Assembly (NCBI GenBank): GCA_048938855.1
Contig: JBHLLT010000009.1
Span: forward strand, 32,001-96,000
From: Promethearchaeota archaeon
Lineage (GTDB): Archaea > Asgardarchaeota > Lokiarchaeia > Sigyniarchaeales > SOKP01
Direction: 5' to 3'
DNA: 64,000 bases
Under the pieces are notes generated by a model that was not told the DNA's origin, ran no database searches, and saw only the letters and a program-made list of their open reading frames with translations. Both the position numbers and the translations under genes were made by a program. This document shows, in pieces, positions 10,182 to 18,836 of this stretch. Position 1 is the first letter of the stretch, and each line of letters opens with the position of its first letter.

Positions 10182-12326
10182 ATGGCTACATTAATCATAA
10201 CAGAAAAAAAAAAAGCTGCAGAAGCAATTTCAAATGCGTTAGGTCCAGCCACGAAACTAAAAATTACTAATAGGTTGGAAACTTATTTCATTTCATCAAA
10301 AGACCTTTATGTTATACCTTTACGTGGTCATCTCCTTGAATATAGAAATACAGACGCATACAAGAGTTGGGCAACTCCACCTCCCAGAGAAATCATAACC
10401 AATGAGAAGGCAATTAAAAAATTTCAAATCAGAGGATCAGGACCATATGTTAAGGTAGTTAAGGATTATGCAAAAAAATGTGACCATGTTATTGTCTCAA
10501 CTGATGCGGATATTGAAGGATGCAATATTGGTTTATTTGATGCACTTCCTTTTGTAAAACAAGTAAACTCTAATATAAAAATATCACAATTATGGCTAAG
10601 TTCACTTCAGAAAAGTGAAATTATTAATAAGTTTAACAACCTTATAATACCAAAATATAGTTGGGGTGAATCAGGAGAAGCACGAGCAATTATAGATGCT
10701 TTCATTGGTTTTTCTGCCACTAGAGAAGTTACAAATACATTGCGTCCATTATTAAACAAATTTAGGGTTAGATTTACATCAATTGGGCGAGTTCAGACTA
10801 GCTTACTCTATTTAATATATCTCAGAGAAAAAGAAATTTTGGATTTTGTTCCAGAACCATACTTTTTAATTGATGCTGATTTAATTCATTCAAAAGGAGT
10901 ATTTAAAGCACACCATCATGAAAATCCCTTCAGCAAAGATCAAGGAACCAAAGCAAAACAAATATATGATAAAATAAAAGATGAAAAAATAGGAAATATT
11001 ATAGATAATTCTAAGAAAGTGACTAAAAGATCTCCACCATCCCCATTGAATACTTCAAAAGCTTTAGTACTTTTAACAAAGAATTTAAAGATTTCTGCTA
11101 ACCGGGCTATGCAAACAATGAACGCCTTATACTTAAATCAAATAATTTCTTACCCTCGAACAGACAGTGATGTTTACAAATTAAATTTTAATCATAAAGA
11201 AATTATACAAAAATTTTCCTCGCATACTCTATTTAAAAGTTATAGTATAGAGTTATTAAAACAAAATAGGGTAATTCCAAGCAAAGGAAAAAAAGATATG
11301 GGAGATCATCCACCAATTACACCCCTTGAAAGTTTGAATACCAATAGTCCTAAATTAGAGAATGATTTACAAAAGAAAGTTTATGATCTACTTGCCCGTC
11401 ATTATCTTGCTCTTTTTGGAGAAGATGCTCTGGAATCTAAACAATCCTTAAAAATTTTGATTAAAGATGAACAATTTAATGCTCAGATTGTTTCTTTAAT
11501 TTCTCCTGGTTTCTTAGAAATTGCTCCTTTTCTCAAACCAAAATATGATACAGAAATCCAAATTGTTGGTGATAAAATACCGATAAAAGAGGTAATATTT
11601 AGTGAAAAAGAAACTACACCACCACCTAACTATACTGATACAACATTACTTAAATTAATGGAAAAAAACCATTTAGGCACGAAATCAACAAGACCAGTTA
11701 TAATAAAATTATTACAAACTCGTAAATTAACTGAACGAATTAGAGGTCATTATAAAATAACTGAATTAGGTATTTTTTTAATTGAAAATTTAATGAAGAT
11801 ATGGCTTCCTTTTTTAAAACCCGAATTTACCAAGAAAGTAGAAATTAAACTTGAAGAGATCAAAGAAAAAACACGACTTATGAAAGATGTTATAAATGAA
11901 ATAAGAAATGAGTTTTTACAACTATTTGATAAGTTTTTAGTAAATAAACATAAATTAGTCTCTACAATAGATAATTACAAAATCGAATACACGATTCCAC
12001 TTACTACTTCAAACTGCCCCTTTTGTAATTCACATCCAATGAAATTCATAAATGCAAAGACTAAAAGATTTTTAGTCTGTTCTGATGATAACTGTAAGCA
12101 GTTTCTATCATTACCTAAAAATGGAAAATTAGAATTACTAGATTCAACTTGCTCAATTTGTAGCTTTAATCTATTTAGAGTATCTCTAAAAAGAAATAAT
12201 AAACTTTATAATTATTATTTATGCCCTAAATGCTGGAATGAGGGTTTGAATGATAAGTCAGGAAAGGGATTTTGTTCAAATTGTGAAGAATTTAAAATTT
12301 TTAAGGGCAAATGTATAAGAAAATAA
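10182..12326 (+). CDS. topA: Type IA DNA topoisomerase (TopA/Topo III) with C-terminal Zn-finger region
   Basis: Toprim ITEK and TDADIEG, SIGRVQT, catalytic ISYPRTDS, DHPPITP, LGTKSTR; Cys-rich C-terminus. Confidence 0.93.
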   Translation: MATLIITEKKKAAEAISNALGPATKLKITNRLETYFISSKDLYVIPLRGHLLEYRNTDAYKSWATPPPREIITNEKAIKKFQIRGSGPYVKVVKDYAKKCDHVIVSTDADIEGCNIGLFDALPFVKQVNSNIKISQLWLSSLQKSEIINKFNNLIIPKYSWGESGEARAIIDAFIGFSATREVTNTLRPLLNKFRVRFTSIGRVQTSLLYLIYLREKEILDFVPEPYFLIDADLIHSKGVFKAHHHENPFSKDQGTKAKQIYDKIKDEKIGNIIDNSKKVTKRSPPSPLNTSKALVLLTKNLKISANRAMQTMNALYLNQIISYPRTDSDVYKLNFNHKEIIQKFSSHTLFKSYSIELLKQNRVIPSKGKKDMGDHPPITPLESLNTNSPKLENDLQKKVYDLLARHYLALFGEDALESKQSLKILIKDEQFNAQIVSLISPGFLEIAPFLKPKYDTEIQIVGDKIPIKEVIFSEKETTPPPNYTDTTLLKLMEKNHLGTKSTRPVIIKLLQTRKLTERIRGHYKITELGIFLIENLMKIWLPFLKPEFTKKVEIKLEEIKEKTRLMKDVINEIRNEFLQLFDKFLVNKHKLVSTIDNYKIEYTIPLTTSNCPFCNSHPMKFINAKTKRFLVCSDDNCKQFLSLPKNGKLELLDSTCSICSFNLFRVSLKRNNKLYNYYLCPKCWNEGLNDKSGKGFCSNCEEFKIFKGKCIRK

Positions 12327-12335
12327 AATAGTCTT

Positions 12336-12674
12336 CTAAAAGTAATATTTTGAATCAAAACGGTATGCTGCTCTTGTTAATCCCACGTAATTATCATTTA
12401 GTTTATAAAGCATTTTTCCATTTACAATCTTTTTTTGTAGATAATTGTTTTTTATATAATGATTCAATGATGAAACCATGGTACCCAAAGTAACAGCCCC
12501 TATAAATTCATGTTGCTTTTTTGTAACTCTTATCAATTCTAACTCAGAATGCCACTGTCCATCTAGAAGTGCCATTAATATTTCATTTTTTATAGGAGTT
12601 GTGATATCTTTTATTTTATTAAATAAGTTAGAGTAGTTGGGTTTATAGAATGGATTTTCTTCAAAATCTTCCAT
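12336..12674 (-). CDS. Hypothetical winged-helix-like protein
   Basis: 112 aa; IKNEILMALLDGQWHSELEL...YLQKKIVNGKMLYKL pattern; third gene of the co-oriented actin cluster. Confidence 0.6.
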   Translation of the reverse strand: MEDFEENPFYKPNYSNLFNKIKDITTPIKNEILMALLDGQWHSELELIRVTKKQHEFIGAVTLGTMVSSLNHYIKNNYLQKKIVNGKMLYKLNDNYVGLTRAAYRFDSKYYF

Positions 12675-12792
12675 ATTTTTTTATCTCTTCATATATGATG
12701 AATATAATATGAAATAATATTGAGATTTTTTATTTAACAAAATGTATGATCTCTGTATTATTAAGATATTTTCTCAGTAATACAAAGTAAAA

Positions 12793-13914
12793 TTATAGTA
12801 AATTTGGTGGTATTCCTTCATTATAATATTTCGCACGTGTGATCCAATTTTGAGAAAATTCAGGGATCATTGCTAATATTGAACCACCAATCCAGACAGA
12901 AAAAGTTCGCTCCATTGGAGCAATAATCCGGACTCCAAGATTTTTCTTTTTCCTTCTAGCAAGTTCTAATTCTAACTCCTGATAAATACGAGCTTTTAAA
13001 TTCGGAAACATGGAGGAACCTCCTGAAAGAAAAATGTTGTTTAACAGTTCTGGACGAATGTCCAAATCACATGATTCAATTACATCCATGATTGCGACAT
13101 GTAATGAATCTTCTTCTAACTCAGAGGATGGTTTAAACAATAGTTCTGGAACAACAAATCGCTCTTTATTAAGTGAAATTGTAGAACCATCAGGTAAAGA
13201 ATATTCTTTTTCATATTGTTCACTGCGTTTTAAATCTTCATTATAATCTAATGAAACAAAGCATGCTTTTTCTTTTAAAACTCTAACCAATTCTCTGCGT
13301 ATTGAAGAATCAACAGACCATCCAATTGATTCCAACACTTGTTCCATATAACGAGTTAATACTCTTCCCCCTGTATCTAAGATCCTAACGGCATGCCCTA
13401 ATTTATATCCCTCATATAATGGAACTATTCTTGTATTACTATCCCCAATCTCTACAATTAGGCCAGTTTGGAAACCCCCAGAATATAATGTTAACATTGA
13501 ATCTAACACCGGATAAAAAGCCATACATTGATATCGTTCTAAAAATAATTCAAATATTTTTTCTAAATCTTTATGCGGAAATAACGGATGTACAGCAAAT
13601 AATACATTAACAAGTGTTGGATCCACTCTTAAATTATAAAAGATATAGTCAATTATATTTGCCAAATGAGTCCAATCTACTACAATTCCTTTCTCAATTG
13701 GATGGAAAATCTTATACAATCCGATTGATTGAATCTCATCTCCTACATAAGTCTCATCTTCACGAGACGCTTTACCACTATAATTAACACCAACATCTTG
13801 ATATTTAGGTTTACCAACCATTGTCAGGAATACTTGAGAGGGCGTATCTTCGCCTGCAAATCCAATTTTTGTTGAAAACTGCCCAATATCAAGAACAACT
13901 GTAAGATTTCCCAT
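12793..13914 (-). CDS. Actin-family protein (Asgard actin-related protein)
   Basis: VVLDIG..STKIGFAGEDTP, YVGDE, PIEKGIVVDW, IVPLYEGY, KEKACFVSLDY, YSLPDG, ERFVVPELLFKPS, CDLDIR, LSGGSSMFP, FSVWIGGSILA. Confidence 0.95.
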   Translation of the reverse strand: MGNLTVVLDIGQFSTKIGFAGEDTPSQVFLTMVGKPKYQDVGVNYSGKASREDETYVGDEIQSIGLYKIFHPIEKGIVVDWTHLANIIDYIFYNLRVDPTLVNVLFAVHPLFPHKDLEKIFELFLERYQCMAFYPVLDSMLTLYSGGFQTGLIVEIGDSNTRIVPLYEGYKLGHAVRILDTGGRVLTRYMEQVLESIGWSVDSSIRRELVRVLKEKACFVSLDYNEDLKRSEQYEKEYSLPDGSTISLNKERFVVPELLFKPSSELEEDSLHVAIMDVIESCDLDIRPELLNNIFLSGGSSMFPNLKARIYQELELELARRKKKNLGVRIIAPMERTFSVWIGGSILAMIPEFSQNWITRAKYYNEGIPPNLL

Positions 13915-14043
13915 GCCTAAAGATTTCAGAATTTAATTTATGATAATTACCCTAAATAACTATATCTAATATACTATTTTAATTTTTAAAAAATACTAAT
14001 AAAGCTTTGGGTAAAAATAAAAAGAATAAAAATCTTTAGGTTT

Positions 14044-14736
14044 TTATTCTCCTCTCATGATCTTCTTCAAACGATTTAACTCATCTAACATTTCATCTCG
14101 AAGAGAACTCAATCCTCCACCGGCTTTTGGAGCAACTCCGCCTGTTGCAGGTGCAGGAGCTGGTGCAGGAGGTCCGGGTCGTTTTGCAAATGCTGGCGCT
14201 GCTGGTGGTCCAGCACTTGGAGCTTTAGGGGGACCCGCGCCAGGAGGTGCACTGGGAAGCCCACCACTAGGTGGCAATTTTGGAGCCGGAGGTAAAGTAG
14301 GTTTTTTAGGTGGTCCACCACCACTTGGGGGCGCAGTAGGAGGCATTGCTTTTATCGGAGGCCCTGTACCAGGAGGTTTAGGAGCAGAAGGAGGCCCACC
14401 ACTTGGAGGTGCTGGGGCTGCGGGAATAGAAACAGTAGGCGCTGCAGTAGGAGTTGAAGTAGGTGTTCCACTACTTAATAAAGAGAATAAAGTACTAGCT
14501 GCGGCAGTCTTGGCAGTATCACTGCTTGGGGTGACTATTTTTTTAGAGGAAGTACTCACAGTTTGAACCTCTTCAACAACAGAGACTTCTTTCAAATCTT
14601 TTTGAGCTTTTGCCAATGATTTGATAAAATCATTTATTCCTTTTATTGTGTCCTCTAAATCATCAGATAGACTCGTGAGTCCTTTTTTCATAAAATTAAT
14701 TACGCGTTCAATCTTTTTCTGTTCTTTTGAAACCAC
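14044..14736 (-). CDS. Proline-rich protein with N-terminal coiled coil and C-terminal amphipathic (WH2-like) helix
   Basis: GTG start with upstream GAGGA; Lys/Glu-rich helical N-terminus, P/A/G-rich middle, C-terminus GGGLSSLRDEMLDELNRLKKIMRGE. Confidence 0.8.
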   Translation of the reverse strand: MVSKEQKKIERVINFMKKGLTSLSDDLEDTIKGINDFIKSLAKAQKDLKEVSVVEEVQTVSTSSKKIVTPSSDTAKTAAASTLFSLLSSGTPTSTPTAAPTVSIPAAPAPPSGGPPSAPKPPGTGPPIKAMPPTAPPSGGGPPKKPTLPPAPKLPPSGGLPSAPPGAGPPKAPSAGPPAAPAFAKRPGPPAPAPAPATGGVAPKAGGGLSSLRDEMLDELNRLKKIMRGE

Positions 14737-15000
14737 GTTCTTCTCAATTCCTCTAATGTTATTAAATAATTGATTAAAGTAAAAATTACTATTTATAATC
14801 TTTATATTTTTATTATATTAATATGTATTTATAATTTTATTCCATTCTTAATCAAGTCTATAAATCTAAATATTACGTAGATCTAGAAAAAACGTTAATT
14901 ATTAAAAAACCTAAACTAATAATATTATATAACATATTTCATTAGTAAGTTTAAAATTATTAATATTTCAATTTTAAGAAATTAAAAAGGTTTGTATAAA

Positions 15001-15267
15001 ATGCCTAAGCGTGAACTGTTCATTAAACGGGTTTATGAAATTGTTAATGAGCTTAAAATCCCCCTAATCGATGAAAGAGTTTATGACAGTGTTAAATTCA
15101 ATACAGGGGCAGCTGTTGCAGCTGTAATTTTCAGGTTTGAGGAAGATGAATCTGTAATCCGTGGATTTCTTGGTCTTGCTGAATATTTTCATACAGTTGT
15201 AATAAAGCGTAAGGATGAATTCTATATTCCCCACGCTTCCATTCTCTTCAGACTTATAAGTGCTTAG
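15001..15267 (+). CDS. Small hypothetical protein, divergent from the actin cluster
   Basis: 88 aa from ATG 15001, globular-looking composition. Confidence 0.7.
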   Translation: MPKRELFIKRVYEIVNELKIPLIDERVYDSVKFNTGAAVAAVIFRFEEDESVIRGFLGLAEYFHTVVIKRKDEFYIPHASILFRLISA

Positions 15268-15386
15268 GGTGAAGCTTTATCAATTATTAATCCTCCCTTT
15301 CTTTTAAAAAATCTTTTTTTTACTTTTCTTTAATGTAACTATATAATCTATTTATTTTGAGTCAAAAAAGAATGTTTATCTTTATT

Positions 15387-16751
15387 CTATCCTAAAATTC
15401 GCCCTTTATCCTCAATCAATTCATTCATTTTTAAATTTTTATATATCATGGTAATTACAATTGCCCAGATGAATAGTAAATAGAAATTCCGAGGTATTAA
15501 AAGAACTAGAATAGTTCCTATTATGAAATAAAGAAACCATCTTATCCTGACACTTCTATTCTCATCTAGTTGATCCTTGAAATGAAAACTTAGCCATAAA
15601 ATTATAATTGGCACATGAAATGTAAAATAATACTTATAAACACCCCTCGGAAAGAATATGTGAGAAAAAAAAGCGATATATACGATAATATCTAATAGTT
15701 TTAACCAATCCAATGAATTTTGGTAATACCAGCGATGTATCAAAAAAATAACTATAATTTCAATTACAATTATTCCCATCGTAGAGAAACTCAAAAATCC
15801 AATAATATAGAGTATCCAATATGGGAGATTTAACCCTACCAAAAAACTATACCAATGTATCGGAGAATTAAAATTAGGGATATAAAAATCGGGGAGAAAT
15901 GAGAATCCTTGGGAGACGAATATACATTTTATATAACCATAAGGATTAATAATAATCCATGGTAAAGAGCCTAAAAGAATCACTCCAAAAATTATAGCAG
16001 AGTAGATTAATAAATTTTTCAAATATTTAATAATGAATTTTCCATTTCTATTTTTACTAGACTCAATAACCATGTAAGCTAGTATTGGTAAAATAAAGAA
16101 AATAGTAATTTGTTTAAATAAAAAAGAAATTGCCAGTACAATACAAGCAAGGTTGAATCTCTTAATGAATGTTAAGTATAGTGCTGTCATGAAAAATAGA
16201 GTTACAAGCGAAGTGTTTAACAGTAAGCCACCGTTATAAAAGACCAACAACGGGGAAAAGACTGTAGCCAGAAATCCCCATTCCGCAACTTTTTCACTAA
16301 ATTGTGTTGATAGAAATTTATAAATAATAATCGGGAGTAAATTTGTCGAGAATAAAAGAGGAATAAAGATAAGATTAATGTCAATTAAACCTGGCAAGGT
16401 TATACTGTATAGAAAAAATGGGGGATAAATATAATAATACTGGCTAATCCCAACAAATAGATCCCATACAAAAGAAGTCCAATTAGTGTAATTTCCAAAA
16501 TCTGGAAAGAAAGCGGTATATGGTATCCAATTTTCATGTATAAATTTTTGTACAAATGACTGATACCAAAATTGATAATCTTGATAAGGTTCAAGAGAAT
16601 ATCTAAAAAACTCATATAAAACGGAGTTTTGAGAAATTTTGGATAACCAATTGAAATAATTAAATCCTAAAATTAGTATAATCTGGATTGCCAATGAAAC
16701 TGAAAAAGCTAAAATTAACTTTTTGTGCGTTTTAAGATTGCTTAATCTCAT
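15387..16751 (-). CDS. Polytopic membrane glycosyltransferase, GT-C fold (GT87/PIG-M-like)
   Basis: First loop with YQDY and YIYPPFF; FLFKQ motif; about 11 TM helices. Confidence 0.65.
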   Translation of the reverse strand: MRLSNLKTHKKLILAFSVSLAIQIILILGFNYFNWLSKISQNSVLYEFFRYSLEPYQDYQFWYQSFVQKFIHENWIPYTAFFPDFGNYTNWTSFVWDLFVGISQYYYIYPPFFLYSITLPGLIDINLIFIPLLFSTNLLPIIIYKFLSTQFSEKVAEWGFLATVFSPLLVFYNGGLLLNTSLVTLFFMTALYLTFIKRFNLACIVLAISFLFKQITIFFILPILAYMVIESSKNRNGKFIIKYLKNLLIYSAIIFGVILLGSLPWIIINPYGYIKCIFVSQGFSFLPDFYIPNFNSPIHWYSFLVGLNLPYWILYIIGFLSFSTMGIIVIEIIVIFLIHRWYYQNSLDWLKLLDIIVYIAFFSHIFFPRGVYKYYFTFHVPIIILWLSFHFKDQLDENRSVRIRWFLYFIIGTILVLLIPRNFYLLFIWAIVITMIYKNLKMNELIEDKGRILG

Positions 16752-16786
16752 TTTTTAGTTATTTATTATCATGACTCATTTATGTT

Positions 16787-17500
16787 TTAAATGTTTACTA
16801 TATAGTGTTTCGATTTACTTATCATCTCTAGTACTTCAGATTCTGGTACGTCATACCAATGTTGATAGGCATCTGCGACAGCAAACCATAATGTATTCCT
16901 TATATCAGGGCAAAAAATCTCATTTACCTCATTTTCTAATCTTTTTATTGTCCTTAAGGGAGCCGTCGGTACAGCAATATAAATTTTTTTAGGATTATAG
17001 GATTTGATCATTTTTATCCCCGCTAACATAGTAAATCCAGAGGCTAATCCATCATCAAGTAGGATGATATTCTTGTTTTGTATGTTTTTGACATATAGTT
17101 TATATATATCTAATTCTCTACTATAATACTTGATTCGATTTTGTATTTCTTCTTTTGTAGTCTCAATAGAATTTTGTATTTCTTTTTGGGTTAGATTTAA
17201 TTGATTCAATAGTAAGTGATTGAATAACACTGTACCATCTGTTGTCATTGCACCAAATCCAGCTTCCGTATTAGATGGGATCTTTAACTTTCTCACAATT
17301 AATATATCATAATAAATATTTAATTGGGAACAGAATCCTTCTGATACTGGAACTCCTCCATTGGGTATGGCATAGCAAAAAAACTCATTAGGAGATTGTG
17401 AGATTTGAATATACAAATCTTTATTCTTATCTTTAATATATTCAGAGAGGATCGTCCCCGCTTCTACTCTAGATTCATATTTCATTAATTTTACCATCAA
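16787..17500 (-). CDS. Phosphoribosyltransferase-family protein
   Basis: IPNGGVPV, VRKLKIP, PRPP-binding IILLDDGLASGFT, IAVPTAP; start may be ATG 17485. Confidence 0.9.
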   Translation of the reverse strand: MMVKLMKYESRVEAGTILSEYIKDKNKDLYIQISQSPNEFFCYAIPNGGVPVSEGFCSQLNIYYDILIVRKLKIPSNTEAGFGAMTTDGTVLFNHLLLNQLNLTQKEIQNSIETTKEEIQNRIKYYSRELDIYKLYVKNIQNKNIILLDDGLASGFTMLAGIKMIKSYNPKKIYIAVPTAPLRTIKRLENEVNEIFCPDIRNTLWFAVADAYQHWYDVPESEVLEMISKSKHYIVNI

Positions 17501-17670
17501 ACGCCACTTTATTATAATATTATAATTAGCGGTGTTGAGTTTGTATTAATTTTATACTGTAAACAATATTCTTGTTATTCATAATAAAGACATTATCTGA
17601 TATATTTATATATGTGAAATTGGATTACTATTATAACTATTCTTTAACGTATAATAACAGATGAGAATAT

Positions 17671-18492
17671 ATGAGGAAATCTATCCCAATCTTAATATGT
17701 TTATTAGGGATCTTTTTCTTTGTACCATTTATAAATTTCTCTAGAGCTGCCCCTCCAGATTACATTGGTGTTCAAGTTGGTGAAGAATATTCATGGACAT
17801 TAAATATAAATGCAAATACATTTGCACAATTTGCGACTGATATGGGTCAAACTGTTCCACCGGAACTCTCTATGTTTGCAACCATGGGGGGAATTCAAAT
17901 GAAAGGACAGATCGCTTGGATTAGTAATGAACTTACAAATGCATCTTATAATTATGTTATAGTCAATGTGTCATTCTCAATGTTGGTTCCGGGATACGGA
18001 TGGACGCCATATCCGGCTCCAGGAGAGTATCTCCCCGTTTTTGTTTTGAGTAATGAGACTTCTAATTATTTTAATAATACTATGAACGCAATGAATGATG
18101 TTACTTTAGAACCTCCTTTATATTATGCTTTCCCTTTTTTGATCGTTCCTTATAATCTTAATTGGACCTTAGCTGTCAATGGTTTATTGGACCTTATGAC
18201 CGGTTTTACAGGAGGAATGACTGGAATCACTCTAGAAACGCTAACACACGGATTTAAAATAACAGTACCAGAACAATTGGTAAATGGCTCTACTGTAAGA
18301 CAAACTACATATTCAGCTGAATGGAATGAAAAGGGAGTTTTTGGAGCAGGTTTAATAACATATGGAGGCGCTCCACTGATGTCTGTGAATATTCCTATCG
18401 GAGAAATTCCAGGTTATGAAATCGGTATTTTATTTGGTGTACTTGGAGTCAGTACAGTTGGTATTATCTATTATATAAAGAAAAGGAAATAG
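17671..18492 (+). CDS. Secreted surface glycoprotein with C-terminal IPGY-TM-basic (Loki-CTERM-type) sorting signal
   Basis: N-terminal signal peptide; C-terminus EIPGYEIGILFGVLGVSTVGIIYYIKKRK; six N-x-S/T sequons in the mature part (NAS, NVS, NET, NNT, NWT, NGS). Confidence 0.85.
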   Translation: MRKSIPILICLLGIFFFVPFINFSRAAPPDYIGVQVGEEYSWTLNINANTFAQFATDMGQTVPPELSMFATMGGIQMKGQIAWISNELTNASYNYVIVNVSFSMLVPGYGWTPYPAPGEYLPVFVLSNETSNYFNNTMNAMNDVTLEPPLYYAFPFLIVPYNLNWTLAVNGLLDLMTGFTGGMTGITLETLTHGFKITVPEQLVNGSTVRQTTYSAEWNEKGVFGAGLITYGGAPLMSVNIPIGEIPGYEIGILFGVLGVSTVGIIYYIKKRK

Positions 18493-18506
18493 ACCCCTAA
18501 ATTAAA

Positions 18507-18518
18507 TTTTTTTTTTTT
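18507..18518 (+). terminator. T12 tract terminator
   Basis: Poly-T shortly after the stop of 17671..18492. Confidence 0.5.
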
Positions 18519-18560
18519 ATTATTTTGATTTAAATTAAATAATATACTAATCAGTATTAT

Positions 18561-18830
18561 ATGAACCTTAATGAATCAATTCTGTTTGTATTTTTTATAT
18601 TAATCTTGTTATGGATTATCAAGGCAGATTTTCTTTTCATAATTTTAGGAATTGCTGCATTTTTGTTTTTTCTAATAATTCTTTTCTCAGAAGATCCGTT
18701 AGAAATAACGTTTGCTATTTTAAATTTTTTATTCCTAAATCCCTTGGGATTATTAATAATTTTTATTCCATTGATTTTATATCTCATAAAAGAAGGATTG
18801 AAAAAGAGAAAAAATCAAAAAAGAGAATAA
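18561..18830 (+). CDS. Small hydrophobic membrane protein
   Basis: 89 aa, about 3 TM helices plus basic tail; fills the gap between neighbouring genes. Confidence 0.5.
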   Translation: MNLNESILFVFFILILLWIIKADFLFIILGIAAFLFFLIILFSEDPLEITFAILNFLFLNPLGLLIIFIPLILYLIKEGLKKRKNQKRE

Positions 18831-18836
18831 TTCAAT

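Noticed and set aside
14100-14480. Repeated CCACCAC(T)/GGAGG units suggesting a repeat array or CRISPR
   Set aside because: Short, irregularly spaced, and correspond to PPSGG/GPP peptide repeats; no constant repeat-spacer period and no cas genes
14057-14566. 169-aa Gly-rich ORF on the + strand and a local GC-rich island
   Set aside because: Antisense shadow of the Pro/Ala/Gly codons of 14044..14736. Amino-acid composition explains the GC rise, so no RNA gene or foreign DNA is needed.
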